Shown here: in pieces, positions 39,581-52,596 of the stretch
How positions within the stretch are numbered: the stretch's first letter is position 1
Layout: every line of letters begins with the position of its first letter
Source: Eledone cirrhosa
Lineage: Eukaryota
Length of the DNA: 64,000 nucleotides
Assembly: GCA_964016885.1 (NCBI GenBank)
Contig: OZ024742.1
Location: 211,048,001 to 211,112,000 of the forward strand
Reading direction: 5' to 3'
Program-made: the position numbers and the translations under genes
The notes under the pieces: model-generated
What the model was told of the DNA's origin: nothing
Databases searched by the model: none
What the model saw: only the letters and a program-made list of their open reading frames with translations

Positions 39581-40927
39581 TTATTGTTCATTTAGCTTGG
39601 GTTTGAATTTATCAATAAAATTCTTTTCTTTGATTTTTCTCTTGATTTCATTTGGGCTGTGTAATTTGTAGAATGGGAATATTATAAATATTCCCTGACC
39701 ACATGTTGCCAGGTGGCCGCTTAGGGGTATCTGACGGACATTTGGGTCTCTGATTTGTTGACGGTGTACCCGTGCACGTTCCGATAGTGCATTTCCAGTT
39801 TGACCGACATATAGTTCTTCACAATTCGGGCATTTAATGCAGTAAATTAGATTTCTGCTTTTGCAGTTCATATTTGCATTTGTGAATATTTTTCCAGTTT
39901 TTGTTTTCATATATTGACCGGCGTGTATGGATTGACATGTGCCGCATCGATTATCATTGCATTTAGATACTGTGAATGATTGGTCTTTGTTGTTAAGGTC
40001 AAACTTTGCTTTTGTTAGCAATTGCTTCAAATTTTTTGGCTGTCTTTTACTAAGAGTCAAAGATCGATCTGTGATTAAGCCTTTTAATTCATTACTTTGA
40101 GCAATGATCGGTAGGTTTGCTTTGGCAGTGTTGAAGATATTCTGGTGACATGGGTTGTGTGTCATTATAAATGGTATGACCAGTTCTTGGTTTCTTCTTC
40201 TTTGGGTTGTTCTAAGTTGTTGTATAGGTATTTTTATAGCCCGCTGTATGCCATTTTCTATAAGTAGAGATGGGTATTTTTGTTTGAGCAAAAATTCTCT
40301 TAGTTCTGTTAGGCGTTTGTACCTGGTATTCGTATCTTCTACAATGGTACAAATTCTTCTGGCTAGGCAGTATGGGATGTTGCGTTTTGTATGAGGTGGA
40401 TGGCACGACTTAAAATTCAGATATTGATGGGTGTCTGTGTGTTTATAATATATATCCGTGGTAATGGTGGTGTCGTTTTTGATTATCATTATATCTAGGA
40501 ATGGTAATTTGGTCCTGCTCATCTCTTTTGTGAATTGGAGAGATGGGTGTAGGTTATTCAGGAGGATATTGAACTCATCCAGAGTATCTAGAGATTCTGT
40601 CCAGATGATGAAACAGTCGTCAAGGTATCTCTTCCAAGATTTTTCAATGTACTTTCTAAAGTCAGTACTATATTTTTCCTCTATTTCTTGGTAGAGTTGT
40701 TGTTCTAAGTATCCCATTACAGAGTTCGCGTAAACGGGAGCAAACTTCGTTCCCATCGCTGTGCCTCTAATTTGGATGTAATTCTTTCCATTGAAGAAGA
40801 AAGTGTTGTTTTCCAGAATAAGTTTAACTGCGTCTAATATAAATGGCGCTGTGAATCTAATGGGAATCACTTCTCTATGTTTTTCCACCCAGTATTTAAC
40901 CGCCTTTATTCCTAAATCATGTGTAAT
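39581..40927 (-). pseudogene. PLE RT C-terminal half + GIY-YIG endonuclease (split by RTE insertion)
   Basis: GTAMGTKFAP, RYLDDCF, CxxxxCxxC linker, LIYCIKCPNCEELYVGQT..ERARVH. Confidence 0.9.
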
Positions 40928-42216
40928 CATCATCATCATCATCACCGTTTTACGTCCGTTCTTCCACGCTAGCATGGGTTAGACGGGTTGTCCTGTTGTG
41001 GGCAGTGTCTGGTCGGCTGACCATGCCTTGCTCATACAGGAACTGATCTGGCTTGATTTCTACAGCTGGATGCCCTTCCTAACACCAACCTCATTTACAG
41101 TGAGTGCTGGGTGCTTTTTCGTGGCGCCTACACGTCCACTTTACAGTGTGGGCTGGGTGCTTTTTCGTGGCACCTACACGTCCACTTTACAGTGTGGGCT
41201 GGGTGCTTTTTTGCCGTGGCACCTCCACGACCACCTTGCGGTGGGGGGGGGGGGGGCATATTGTTTATATGCTTCAGCATGTACCCATGGGAGGTCGGGT
41301 ACCCTGTATTACTGCGTGACGCCAGAAGTCACGGTCGTGTGTCATTGACTTTGAGAGGTGTAGTTGGGTAAGGTCGGCTTTTATCACCTCATCCCAAGTC
41401 ATCTTGGGTCTCCCCACTCCGCGGTTTCCATCAACTTCTAGTGCTCTGCACCTTTTTATGCAGCTGTCATCCTTCATACGCATCACATGTCCATACCAGC
41501 GTAACCGCCTCTCCTGCACGCAGCATTTGATTCCTCTTATGCTCAGTCTCTCTCTCAATTCATTTATGCTTTGTCGTTCACGTATATTACTGTTACACAT
41601 CCATCGGAGCATGCAGGCTTCGTTTCTCTCTAATCTACGTAAGTCTTCCACCTTCAGCGCCCAGGTCTCACTACCATGCAACATCGCTGTTCGGATACAC
41701 GCATCATACAGTCTGCCTTTCATTCTGAGGGAGAAGCCTTTTGCAGCTAGCAGTGGTAGTAGTTCCCTAAACTTCTTCCATCCCGTTCTTACCCTAGTTA
41801 TTGTACTTTCTGAGCACCCACCTCCGTTGCTAATTCGGTCACCTAGGTAGCAGAAGCTGTCTACTGTTTCTACAGGGCCCTCCCAGAGATTGGTGGTACT
41901 TGTTTCCTGTGGCTGTTTGCTTGCTGTTTCAGCACAGCTGCTGCATGTGAATCCTACATTCTTAATTAAGCTTCCTGAGATCCCGCTACATCTCTTGTGT
42001 ACCCATTGTTTGCATTTGGGGCAAAGAATGGAGTTCCTACCTACACCTTTCCTACATACTGAGCAAGGCCATTTCCCTGAGGGGATCTGGGTTCTGTTTT
42101 CTCGTCTACTTATAAGGACCTTAGTCTTTGTCATGTTGACTTTGAGGCCCTTTCTCTCTAGTCCCTGCTTCCAGGTTTGGAATTTATTCTCTAGTTCTAC
42201 CATAGATTCAGCTATG
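40928..42216 (-). mobile_element. RTE family 1 copy, 5'-truncated, inserted in PLE copy B with TGTAAT target duplication
   Basis: Near-identical to 52768-54012; TGTAAT at 40922-40927 and 42215-42220; one extra ~45-bp 3' UTR unit. Confidence 0.95.
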
Positions 42217-44608
42217 TAATGTTGGTGTAAAGGCTTACCACATCAAAACTGAGTAGAAGTGAATTCGTTTCCGTGGTTTTGGGAAGATGGGACAGGAAGT
42301 CGATATCATCCCGGATGAAACTGGGTATGTGAATACATAGTGGTTTCAAAATAATGTCAACAAAATTGCTTAGACGGTGAGTGGGGCATGTTGGACCAGC
42401 TATAATAGGTCTAAGTTTTAAGTCTTTTGGGTGTAATAATTTAATGTACTCACTGTTTTGTTCTCTTACTGCCAGTTGTATTTCTTTTGACTTGTGAACT
42501 TTCGGTAGGCCATACAGGTTGCTGGGTTTCGGCTCAAAATTGGTGATGTAGTCTCTTTCCTTATCAGTAAATGAGTTGTGGTATTTTGAAGCCAGGTTGT
42601 TGATCTTCTTCATGATGTTGTGGTCTATATTTGACGGTATTTCATGATAGAATGTTGTGTCTTTCAGTTGTTCCTCAACCAAATCCTTGTAGTATTCAGT
42701 ATCCATTATAACAACTGCACCCCCTTTATCTGCTTGTTTAATTATTATTGTTTTATCATTTTGTATACGTTTAAGTGCAGACATTTCTGATTTGTTAATG
42801 TTTGGCCTAACATTAGTATTATGTCTAAGAGGAAATTTAGACAGGATGTCAATGTATTGGTCGAGATAGATATTTCTTCCTTTTGGCGGAGTGAAATTTG
42901 ATTTATTCTTTACTAGTGATTCATCACTCTCATTATTTTTATCAGCGAAGAATTCTACAAGACGTAATTTTCGACAGAATTCTTGGGTATCCTCCTTCAG
43001 TTCTTGGTGGTTGACTGTTGGAGTCGGTGTGAATTTCAGTCCTTTTGACAGAATTTGCATTTCATCATTGTCAAGATCTCTTTTAGATAAATTAATTATT
43101 TTAGGATCTACGTGTACAGCTGTTTTGGGTATGTTTCCTCCTGGAGTTTTTCTTTTTCCGGTTTTTGTTGTCCTGACGTTAAAAAATGAATTTTTCTCTG
43201 TTCAGGATTTATATTCCTGTTGGTGTTCGCTTGATGAACTTTTGGTCGTGATATTATATTTGGTTTCGTTATGTATTTTGTCCTATTTTTGGTATTCTGT
43301 ATATTATTTTTCTTCCTGTTAGCATTATTTTTAACAATCTGGGAAAATGACCTAGGTTTGCTTTCAGGTTTAGATCGTTTTTTCGTCCAGTTTCTTGTGG
43401 GCAATCTCTGTTGAGATCTTGAGAGTGATCTGGTTATTCTACGTTTTGTTTCCACATTCCTTGTTGGTAGTCTCTGTTGAGATCTTGAGAATGATCTCCT
43501 GGTTTTACTACTTCTCATGGTCTGGTCAAAGGAATACCTATCGTGTTTGTGCTTTTTGTTCATGTTGTGTGCGATAGGGTGTTTTTGTAGAAAAAGCGAA
43601 GAGTTATTACCGTAGTTCTTCTTTGATTCAAGGTAAGGTGAGTGTTTGTGTTGGCACGTGTTCTGGCGTATGTTGTGTTGATGAGATTGTCCACTTTTAA
43701 TGCTTTTTCTCAGGGTTCCAGAGTCTTTACCGTAATTTGCAGCATATTCATCGAGAAATAATTGTTTCTGCTGCCATACCTTTCTTGATTTGTTTCCTTC
43801 TTTTGAGATATCTCCGATCCATAGTTCTCGTAGTTTTTCAGCTATAATACCAGTCGTTAGCTTTGAAATTTCAACTTCAATTTGGTCATCAATAACTTCA
43901 TATTTGGCTTTGTAGCGGGATTGTTTACATTCAGAAATGGAGATGAACTGCAAAAGCAGAAATCTAATTTACTGCATTAAATGCCCGAATTGTGAAGAAC
44001 TATATGTCGGTCAAACTGGAAATGCACTATCGGAACGTGCACGGGTACACCGTCAACAAATCAGAGACCCAAATGTCCGTCAGATACCCCTAAGCGGCCA
44101 CCTGGCAACATGTGGTCAGGGAATATTTATAATATTCCCATTCTACAAATTACACAGCCCAAATGAAATCAAGAGAAAAATCAAAGAAAAGAATTTTATT
44201 GATAAATTCAAACCCAAGCTAAATGAACAATAATAACGCCTAGGGGTATTACTTCTACTACCACTATGACCACGACCACTAACAACAACAACAACAACAA
44301 TAATAATAATAATAAAAGTGATGTTGATGGTGATGATTAATAGAAAATGCTATTTTCATCATTTCAAAAAAGCAAAACAATTGATACGTTGGATATGACT
44401 ATTGGTCGTTAGCATGCTCAACCAGCCGTGACGCTTAAACCAATCAGCTGTAGTAATTCAGTGAAACTACACACTGATTGGTCGAAATACAGTTTACAGG
44501 GCTTTGCATTCTGGAGCCACTTTTCTCTGTATAAAATGTATAAAAGGTAGGAAATTTACCCATCTCATTACAGTTGAAAATTGCAAACTCGACTGTCACC
44601 ACATATCA

Positions 44609-44647
44609 TGAACCTGAAGATTGCGAAAGCATGAAAGTACTTGTTCA
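44609..44647 (+). ncRNA. Minimal type I hammerhead motif (inverted pseudo-LTR copy)
   Basis: Exact reverse complement of 39167-39205. Confidence 0.7.
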
Positions 44648-44799
44648 ATTAACACTTAGAATTTAATATTCTATCATACTATTTCATTATAATACCATTA
44701 TATATATTTTAAAGGATTGTAAATAAAACGAGTAAATCAGACAAAGTTGGAATTCCTCTTATTAATATAATCTTCTATACACAATCATACACACCCGTG

Positions 44800-44826
44800 T
44801 ATATTTACCTATCTATATCTATATAC

Positions 44827-44875
<49 letters not shown>

Positions 44876-45184
44876 CTTATATATATATACATCTATATAT
44901 ACATATATATATATACATCTATATATACATATATATATACATATATATATACATATATATATACATATACATATATATATATACATATATATATACATAT
45001 ATATATATACATATATACATATATATATACATATAAATATATACATATATATATACATATATACATATATATATACATATATATATAAATATATACATAT
45101 ATATATACATATATACATATATATATATATACATATATATATATACATATATACATATATATATATACATATATACATATATAT

Positions 45185-45229
<45 letters not shown>

Positions 45230-45265
45230 CATATATACATATATATATATATATACATATATACA
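44800..45265. repeat. (TA)n/CA-interrupted microsatellite
   Basis: Direct inspection. Similar tracts at 32790-32975, 37370-37630, 38766-39045, 47990-48070, 49045-49245, 51115-51282, 51619-52040, 52472-52767 and 59988-60322. Confidence 0.95.
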
Positions 45266-45424
45266 TAGTGTACTATACAGAAAGTGTGGAGACAATAATC
45301 CCCAAATATTTTTTTCTATGTACAGAAGGTAATTGTTGAAAATATTTATACTTCAATGTTTTCACACCAAGACTTGCGACGAAATGCCTACGACGGTTGG
45401 AAGGCCACTGATGAGGACAAACTT

Positions 45425-45454
<30 letters not shown>

Positions 45455-45460
<6 letters not shown>

Positions 45461-47992
45461 ATGAAAATATTGTGTACAGTGCTCAGGTGCACTACAACTC
45501 ATCAAAAGTGTATGTATAGTATATAGGGTAATGTAAAACGTCAGGAAAATGAACAGTGCATGAGTCATGATATACACACGTGTGCATGTGTATGGAAGGG
45601 GTACATCAGGTGTAGTTTTGGCGAATTTCAGGAAACATGAGGGCTTTAAAGAATGCAGTGTCTCGGCAGCTAACAACTGACGCAGGCAGTTTGTTCCATG
45701 CTTCAGCAACTCTAAGCGTGAAAAAATGTTTCCGAAAGTCATGGGAGCTGTGCTGTTTTCTGATTTTGTAGGCATGTCCACGTGTGTTAGACACATGGAG
45801 ATCAAAAGGGTGCTCAGGGTTGTTGTTGGCGAGATGGTTAATAACTTTGTGGGTGTTTACCAAGTCCATTGCCAGACGTCGGAGCTTCAATGAATCCATG
45901 CCCAGGGAAGCAAGGCGTTCAGAGTATGGTAGGTGTCTGATGGAGGGTATGCGCTTGGTTGCACGTCTCTGAACAGTTTCCAGGAGGTCAAGATACAGGT
46001 TCCCAACTGATGGTATGAATTCCAAGTGTGGTCGTACCATAGCTGTATGCAGCTTTAAATAGCTTTAAATAGATGGCTGGAGAGCGGCTAACAAAGGGCT
46101 TGCTGAGTGATGCCAAGACACCCTTAGCCTTCTTGACAATCTTAGAGACATGCTTTGTCCAACGCAAATCACTGCTGACAGTAATGCCCAGGTTACGTTC
46201 ACAAGAGGACTTCTTGATATCAGTGTTGTGGAGGGAGTATGTGGACGCTGGATTTTTCCTCCCAAAATGCATGGTGGTACACTTGTCCACAGCCAGCTTC
46301 AGTTGCCAGTCTGTGACCCATTGCTACATTGTGTCCAGGTCTGATTGTAGGAAAGAGTTGTAGATTTCAGGATCAGTCCTTTTGATTTCAAGGTACAGCT
46401 TGATGTCATCTATATAGTTCAGTACCGTGGCATTCTTTAAGTTGGCATCTATGTCATTAATATATGCCACAAACAAAAGAGGACCAAGAACAGATCCCTG
46501 TGGTACACCAGATGACATCTCATATGGTGAAGAATGCTGTCCTAGAACCGTGACTACCTCTTTTCGGCTGAGAATGAAAGATTTCAACCAGTTAAAAAGA
46601 TCATCCCTCACACCCATTGCAGAGAGTTTTGCCATAAGTCTTTTGTGTGGCACAGAATTAAAATCCTTAACGAAGTCAAGGTAAACAACATCCATCCATG
46701 AGCCGCTGTCAGTGATCTGGGTAATGTCTTCAAGGAACTCGATAAGCTGATCACAGCAGCTGGAGTTAGGGATAAATCCAAATTGCGAGAACCAGATGAG
46801 GCAGTGAGAGCTCCAGAAGTTCCAAAGTGTTTCTCTGACGCAGGATTCCATCAGTTTGGCAATACAGCTAGTAAGACTGACTGGACAATAGTTGACAGGT
46901 GTCGTGTGGTCGCCCTTTTTGAACAGGGGAATGACACTGGCAGTTTTCCACTGCTCCGGAGTAGCACCATTGTTGAGACAGTATTGAAAGAAGAAAGAAA
47001 ACTGGTGCAAAAGGAAGTACCCGCCACGTTTGAGAAGCAGGTATGTAACACCATTAAGACCAGGGGAGGCATAGTTGCGCTTATGCTTAAGGTGACGTTA
47101 TAACATTGCAGGTGTAAATTCCATAGTTGTTATGGAATTTGATGTTAGAGATGGTGGAGATGGTACATTCTGGTTTTCAACAGTAAAAATGCTTGCATAG
47201 CACTCAGCAATGAGTTCTGCACATTCTTTGGGATCGTCAGTGATCTGGCTTGTGTGGGGATTGCGAAGAGGACCAACTGGAGAGTGAGGTTTCTGCTTTG
47301 AATGAACATATTTCCAGAACACCTTACTATCAGGATTGGTTGCTATGCACTGTTCAAATTCAAGCACTGCCTTTTTTGTCACTTGCTTGAGATGGTTGGA
47401 AGATTTATTCTGCTTTTTTCTGTTGGCATCTGATTTATGCAGTTTATATTCCCGTTCAGCGTTCCGACATTCTTTCCTGGCAAGTCGGACCGCTGAAGTT
47501 TCCCAAATTGCACTTTTGGGGTGAGTTTTTTTCTGCTTACGTGGCACCGATGCTGCCCACGCTATCCATATTGAGTCCAGGATGCTCTGGAGTATAGTGT
47601 AGAACTCATGCCAGTTTGGGCGCTGTAGCTCAGTGCAGTACAAGTTCCAATCTGCTTTCTTCCAATCAAAGCAAGCAGATTGGAGATGGTTCTGGTTTTT
47701 GTTGCTGCCCGCAAGAGTCAGATTGGCAATGATCATGACATGATCAGTGTCGCCTAGAGGTTCCTCAGTAGTACAACTGATAACCACTTCAGGAGTAGTG
47801 ATGAAGATCAGATCCAAAGTGTTGTCACCTCTTGTTGGAGAGGTGACTACTTGTGACCAGTTTGAGTCCAGCACTAACTCAAGGAAATCGTTTGCACTTT
47901 GTGGGCAATGAAAGGTTTCCCAATCGATCTCAGGATGATTGAAGTCAAATGCAATAAACACACAAGTGGCTGTTTTCCTGACAGCAGCTCTA
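45455..47992 (-). mobile_element. CR1-clade LINE ORF2 (APE end, RT, C-terminus), frameshifted
   Basis: DFNHPEIDW, PTRGDNTLDLI, TDH, NYCPVSLTS, YLDFVKDFNSVPH, SGVPQGSVLGPLLF, YIDDIKL, VQRRATK, TRGH, FFTLRVAEAWNKLP; both flanks (TA)n. Confidence 0.92.
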
Positions 47993-48069
47993 TACATATA
48001 TACATATATATATACATATATATATATATACATATATATATATACATATATATATATATACATATATAT

Positions 48070-48757
48070 ATTAGAAAGTGAGGTTTTTTTTTACAAAATG
48101 AAAAATAACCGAGGTGTCCTACACGAGTGGAAGTATAAAGAAAAAGGGATGAAATCGAAAATGCAACTGAAGTCTTATTTTTTTAAAAATATATATATTT
48201 ATTTGGTTCCTTTACCGGTTTCGCAGTTCTTCTGCTTTTCAAAAGGTGAGTTGAGATGGAGGGTCTGTGGTTTTTCTCACATCTGGTTGGTCTCTAAATG
48301 TTACTTGTTTTATATGGAAAAACTGGCTCGAAAACCAGGTTTTTCGAGAAGTAATTTGATTGGTTTGTCAATAATTATAATAAATTTCGCGCCAGTTCGC
48401 GTTACAATAGTTCTTCAAATAAGAGAGGGGGGGGGGTTGTCACAGGTTGTTTTTTCATATATGAGTGTTTGAATTTCTTTTTACTTGAAAAAATGAGGCT
48501 CACGAAGGCTTTTTTTTGGTTGGTTATAAATGAAATTTGGCTGTCACGTGAACAAGTTTTCATTACATTTTTGCGCCCTTATTTGGAAAACTATTCTGTA
48601 GTCTATAGTGAATGTTATGACGATGGAGAGATAGTGGTCAAGGGAAAAGGGATTGGGAGAAATGTTCTGGTTCAGTGAATATGGCCAGCTGTCAGAGTTC
48701 AGGTGTCAGAGTTCAGATTTTCTATTGAGACTGAAGATATGTGTTTATTTGTGTGCT

Positions 48758-48790
<33 letters not shown>

Positions 48791-49045
48791 ATGTGTGTAT
48801 TGGAAGATGATTCTATTAGTAGAGATGGGGGAGGGAGTTGTGTGTGTGTGTATATGGGTGTTATGTGTGTGTGTGCGAGTATGTTAGATAGAGAGAATAT
48901 ATATTTTTTGTGTGTATATATATATGTGTGTAGGAAAGTGGTTCTATTAGTAGAAATGGGGAGGGTGCTGTAGGTGTGGGGGTTTTTATGTGTGTGTATG
49001 GGTGTTATGTGTGTGGGAGTATGGTTAGCATGTTAAGATGAAGAG
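48070..49045 (-). mobile_element. Probable PLE 3' UTR/pseudo-LTR remnant (non-coding)
   Basis: CA-rich region followed by a hammerhead motif, the same layout as the PLE remnant at 32050-32790; TA flanks; no coding part seen. Confidence 0.5.
48209..48246 (-). ncRNA. Minimal type I hammerhead motif, U3-A8 core variant
   Basis: CCUU-UUGAAAA-GCAG aagaa CUGC-GAA-ACCGGU-A-AAGG. Confidence 0.7.
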
Positions 49046-49065
49046 AATATATATATATATATATC

Positions 49066-49098
<33 letters not shown>

Positions 49099-49245
49099 CA
49101 TAAATATATATATACATAAATATATATATACATATATATATATACATACATATATATATATACATACATATATATATATACATATATATATATACATATA
49201 TATATATACATATATATATATACATATATATATATACATATATAT

Positions 49246-50857
49246 CATCATCATCATCATCATCATCACCGTTTTACGTCCGTTCTTCCACGCTAGCATG
49301 GGTTAGACGGGTTGTCCTGTTGTGGGCAGTGTCTGGTCGGCTGACCATGCCTTGCTCATACAGGAACTGATCTGGCTTGATTTCTACAGCTGGATGCCCT
49401 TCCTAACACCAACCTCATTTACAGTGAGTGCTGGGTGCTTTTTCGTGGCGCCTACACGTCCACTTTACAGTGTGGGCTGGGTGCTTTTTTGCCGTGGCAC
49501 CTCCACGACCACCTTGCGGTGGGGGGGGGGGGGGGGCATATTGTTTATATGCTTCAGCATGTACCCATGGGAGGTCGGGTACCCTGTATTACTGCGTGAC
49601 GCCAGAAGTCACGGTCGTGTGTCATTGACTTTGAGAGGTGTAGTTGGGTAAGGTCGGCTTTTATCACCTCATCCCAAGTCATCTTGGGTCTCCCCACTCC
49701 GCGGTTTCCATCAACTTCTAGTGCTCTGCACCTTTTTATGCAGCTGTCATCCTTCATACGCATCACATGTCCATACCAGCGTAACCGCCTCTCCTGCACG
49801 CAGCATTTGATTCCTCTTATGCTCAGTCTCTCTCTCAATTCATTTATGCTTTGTCGTTCACGTATATTACTGTTACACATCCATCGGAGCATGCAGGCTT
49901 CGTTTCTCTCTAATCTACGTAAGTCTTCCACCTTCAGCGCCCAGGTCTCACTACCATGCAACATCGCTGTTCGGATACACGCATCATACAGTCTGCCTTT
50001 CATTCTGAGGGAGAAGCCTTTTGCAGCTAGCAGTGGTAGTAGTTCCCTAAACTTCTTCCATCCCGTTCTTACCCTAGTTATTGTACTTTCTGAGCACCCA
50101 CCTCCGTTGCTAATTCGGTCACCTAGGTAGCAGAAGCTGTCTACTGTTTCTACAGGGCCCTCCCAGAGATTGGTGGTACTTGTTTCCTGTGGCTGTTTGC
50201 TTGCTGTTTCAGCACAGCTGCTGCATGTGAATCCTACATTCTTAATTAAGCTTCCTGAGATCCCGCTACATCTCTTGTGTACCCATTGTTTGCATTTGGG
50301 GCAAAGAATGGAGTTCCTACCTACACCTTTCCTACATACTGAGCAAGGCCATTTCCCTGAGGGGATCTGGGTTCTGTTTTCTCGTCTACTTATAAGGACC
50401 TTAGTCTTTGTCATGTTGACTTTGAGGCCCTTTCTCTCTAGTCCCTGCTTCCAGGTTTGGAATTTATTCTCTAGTTCTACCATAGATTCAGCTATGAGTG
50501 CGAGGTCATCAGCATACAGGAGTTCCCATGGGCATCCGGTCTTAAACTCCTCCGTTATTGCCTGCAGGACTATGATGAACAGGAGAGGGCTAAGAACAGA
50601 GCCCTGGTGGACCCCAACCTGTACGCTAAATTCCTCGCTATACTCATTGCCAATCCTAACTTTGCTGACTGCTCCCCTATACATGGCTTGTACCGCTTTC
50701 ACAAGCCATTCATCTACTCCTAGTTTTCTAAGAGCCCACCAGATTACTGCACGTGGAACTCTGTCAAAGGCTTTCTCAAGGTCGACAAATGCCAGGTAGA
50801 GTGGCTTACTTTTAGCTAGGTACTTTTCCTGTAATTGCCTCACAAGGAAGAGCGCAT
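49246..50857 (-). mobile_element. RTE family 1 copy, 5'-truncated
   Basis: Near-identical to 52768-54372; open frame through RT; both flanks TA repeat. Confidence 0.95.
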
Positions 50858-51113
50858 ATATATATACATATATATATATACATATATTGTTATACTTTTT
50901 GCCCATATGAGTCTGTGAGTATTGATTTATTATTTTTTAGATCGTACAGGCAAACTTTATGTTGTTGAATTAAGATATTTCATTCTGGCGATTTTATTAG
51001 TCAATTGCAACTAAAACATGTAAATGTTCATCAAATATTAATTTATTCTGCTCAGAAGCGATTCTTAGAGCTGAAATGATTGTAAATGACCCCATTGAGT
51101 GTAAACTCTAAGC

Positions 51114-51169
<56 letters not shown>

Positions 51170-51170
51170 C

Positions 51171-51225
<55 letters not shown>

Positions 51226-51282
51226 CACACATATATATATATACATATATATATACACACATATATATACATATATATATAT

Positions 51283-51618
51283 AAGCATAAATGAATTGAG
51301 AGAGAAACTGAGCATAAGAGGAGTCAAATGCTGTGTGCAGGAGAGGTGGTTACGTTGGTATGGACATGTGATGCGTATGAAGGATGACAGCTGCATAAAA
51401 AGGTGCAGAGCAGTAGAAGTCGATGGAAACCGCGGAGTGGGGGGACCCAAGAAGACCTGGGATGAGGTGGTAAAAGCCGACCTTACCCAATTACACCTCT
51501 CAAAGGCAATGACACACGACCGTGACCTCTGGCGTCACGCAGTAATACAGAAGACTCGACCTCCCATGGGTACAAGCCTAAGCTGAAGCATATAGACAAA
51601 AACGGTGATGATGATGAT
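51283..51618 (+). mobile_element. RTE family 1-related fragment with most of the 3' UTR deleted
   Basis: [13 protein letters not shown]...TRPPMGT joined almost directly to aaaacggtgatgatgat. Confidence 0.85.
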
Positions 51619-51718
51619 ATATATATATACATATATGTATACATATATATACGTATATATATACATATGTATATATATATATACATATATATATACATAT
51701 ATATACATATATATATAC

Positions 51719-51751
<33 letters not shown>

Positions 51752-51870
51752 CATATATATATACATATATATACATACATATATACATATATATACATAC
51801 ATATATACATATATATACATACACACATATATATACATACATACACACATATATATATACATACATACAC

Positions 51871-51911
<41 letters not shown>

Positions 51912-51934
51912 CATATACATATATATATACATAT

Positions 51935-52035
<101 letters not shown>

Positions 52036-52204
52036 CAATATATTTAGAAACACACAGATACATGCGGACACACACATATACATGAATGTATCCACATCCA
52101 TCCTTGAGTTAATGGTGCCAACCTTAACCGATGTTGCTCAATGAATGACTGGGACAGACCAATCCGGTTGAACCAGACTGAACCAGTATCAGAGTTAAAA
52201 ATAC

Positions 52205-52471
52205 ATTATGAAGAGAGAAGAAACATTTAGATATAATTAGTAATAAAATGTATCATACCTAAACTGCTCTCACATCATATAGATGCGTTCTAGAAGCTAG
52301 TAAAACGAGGTATCCTCTTGATAAGTCGGCAAACCTCACAGGGACTATATCTTTATGATGTATTGTTTTTGTTTATGCCACGAAACTACGTAGTCGAGGA
52401 ATCTAGGAGCAGTTTAGGTATGATACATTTTATTACTAATTATATCTAAATGTTTCTTCTCTCTTCATAAT
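52205..52471 (+). mobile_element. Miniature hammerhead-bearing element with 65-bp perfect inverted repeats
   Basis: 52205-52269 is the exact reverse complement of 52407-52471 and encloses a hammerhead motif. Confidence 0.7.
52313..52400 (+). ncRNA. Type I hammerhead motif, U3-A8 core variant, GUC cleavage triplet
   Basis: UCCUC-UUGAUAA-GUcGGCA...UGCCAC-GAA-ACUACGUAGU-C-GAGGA. Confidence 0.75.
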
Positions 52472-52561
52472 ATATATATATACATATATATGTATATATG
52501 TATATATTTATATATACATATATATATATTTATATATACATATATATATATTTATATATAC

Positions 52562-52596
<35 letters not shown>

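Larger units (their letters stand above)
39046..44768 (-). mobile_element. Penelope-like element copy B with inverted 5' pseudo-LTR; coding region open apart from the RTE insertion and the ORF1/RT frame change
   Basis: ORF1 part 43108-43940, RT N-half 42215-43186, RT C-half + GIY-YIG 39581-40927. 43943-44768 is the reverse complement of 39046-39871. Confidence 0.95.

Noticed and set aside
43937-44233. Stand-alone 98-aa GIY-YIG ORF as a separate nuclease gene
   Set aside because: It is the inverted pseudo-LTR copy of PLE copy B; its start arises at the inversion junction.
45375-45430. GAAA...CTGATGAG hammerhead-like words
   Set aside because: I could not build stems I-III in any topology; the sequence is cut off by (TA)n.
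50965-51045. Minus-strand UUGAUGA...GAAA motif
   Set aside because: U3-G8 is not compensated and the stems are unconvincing.
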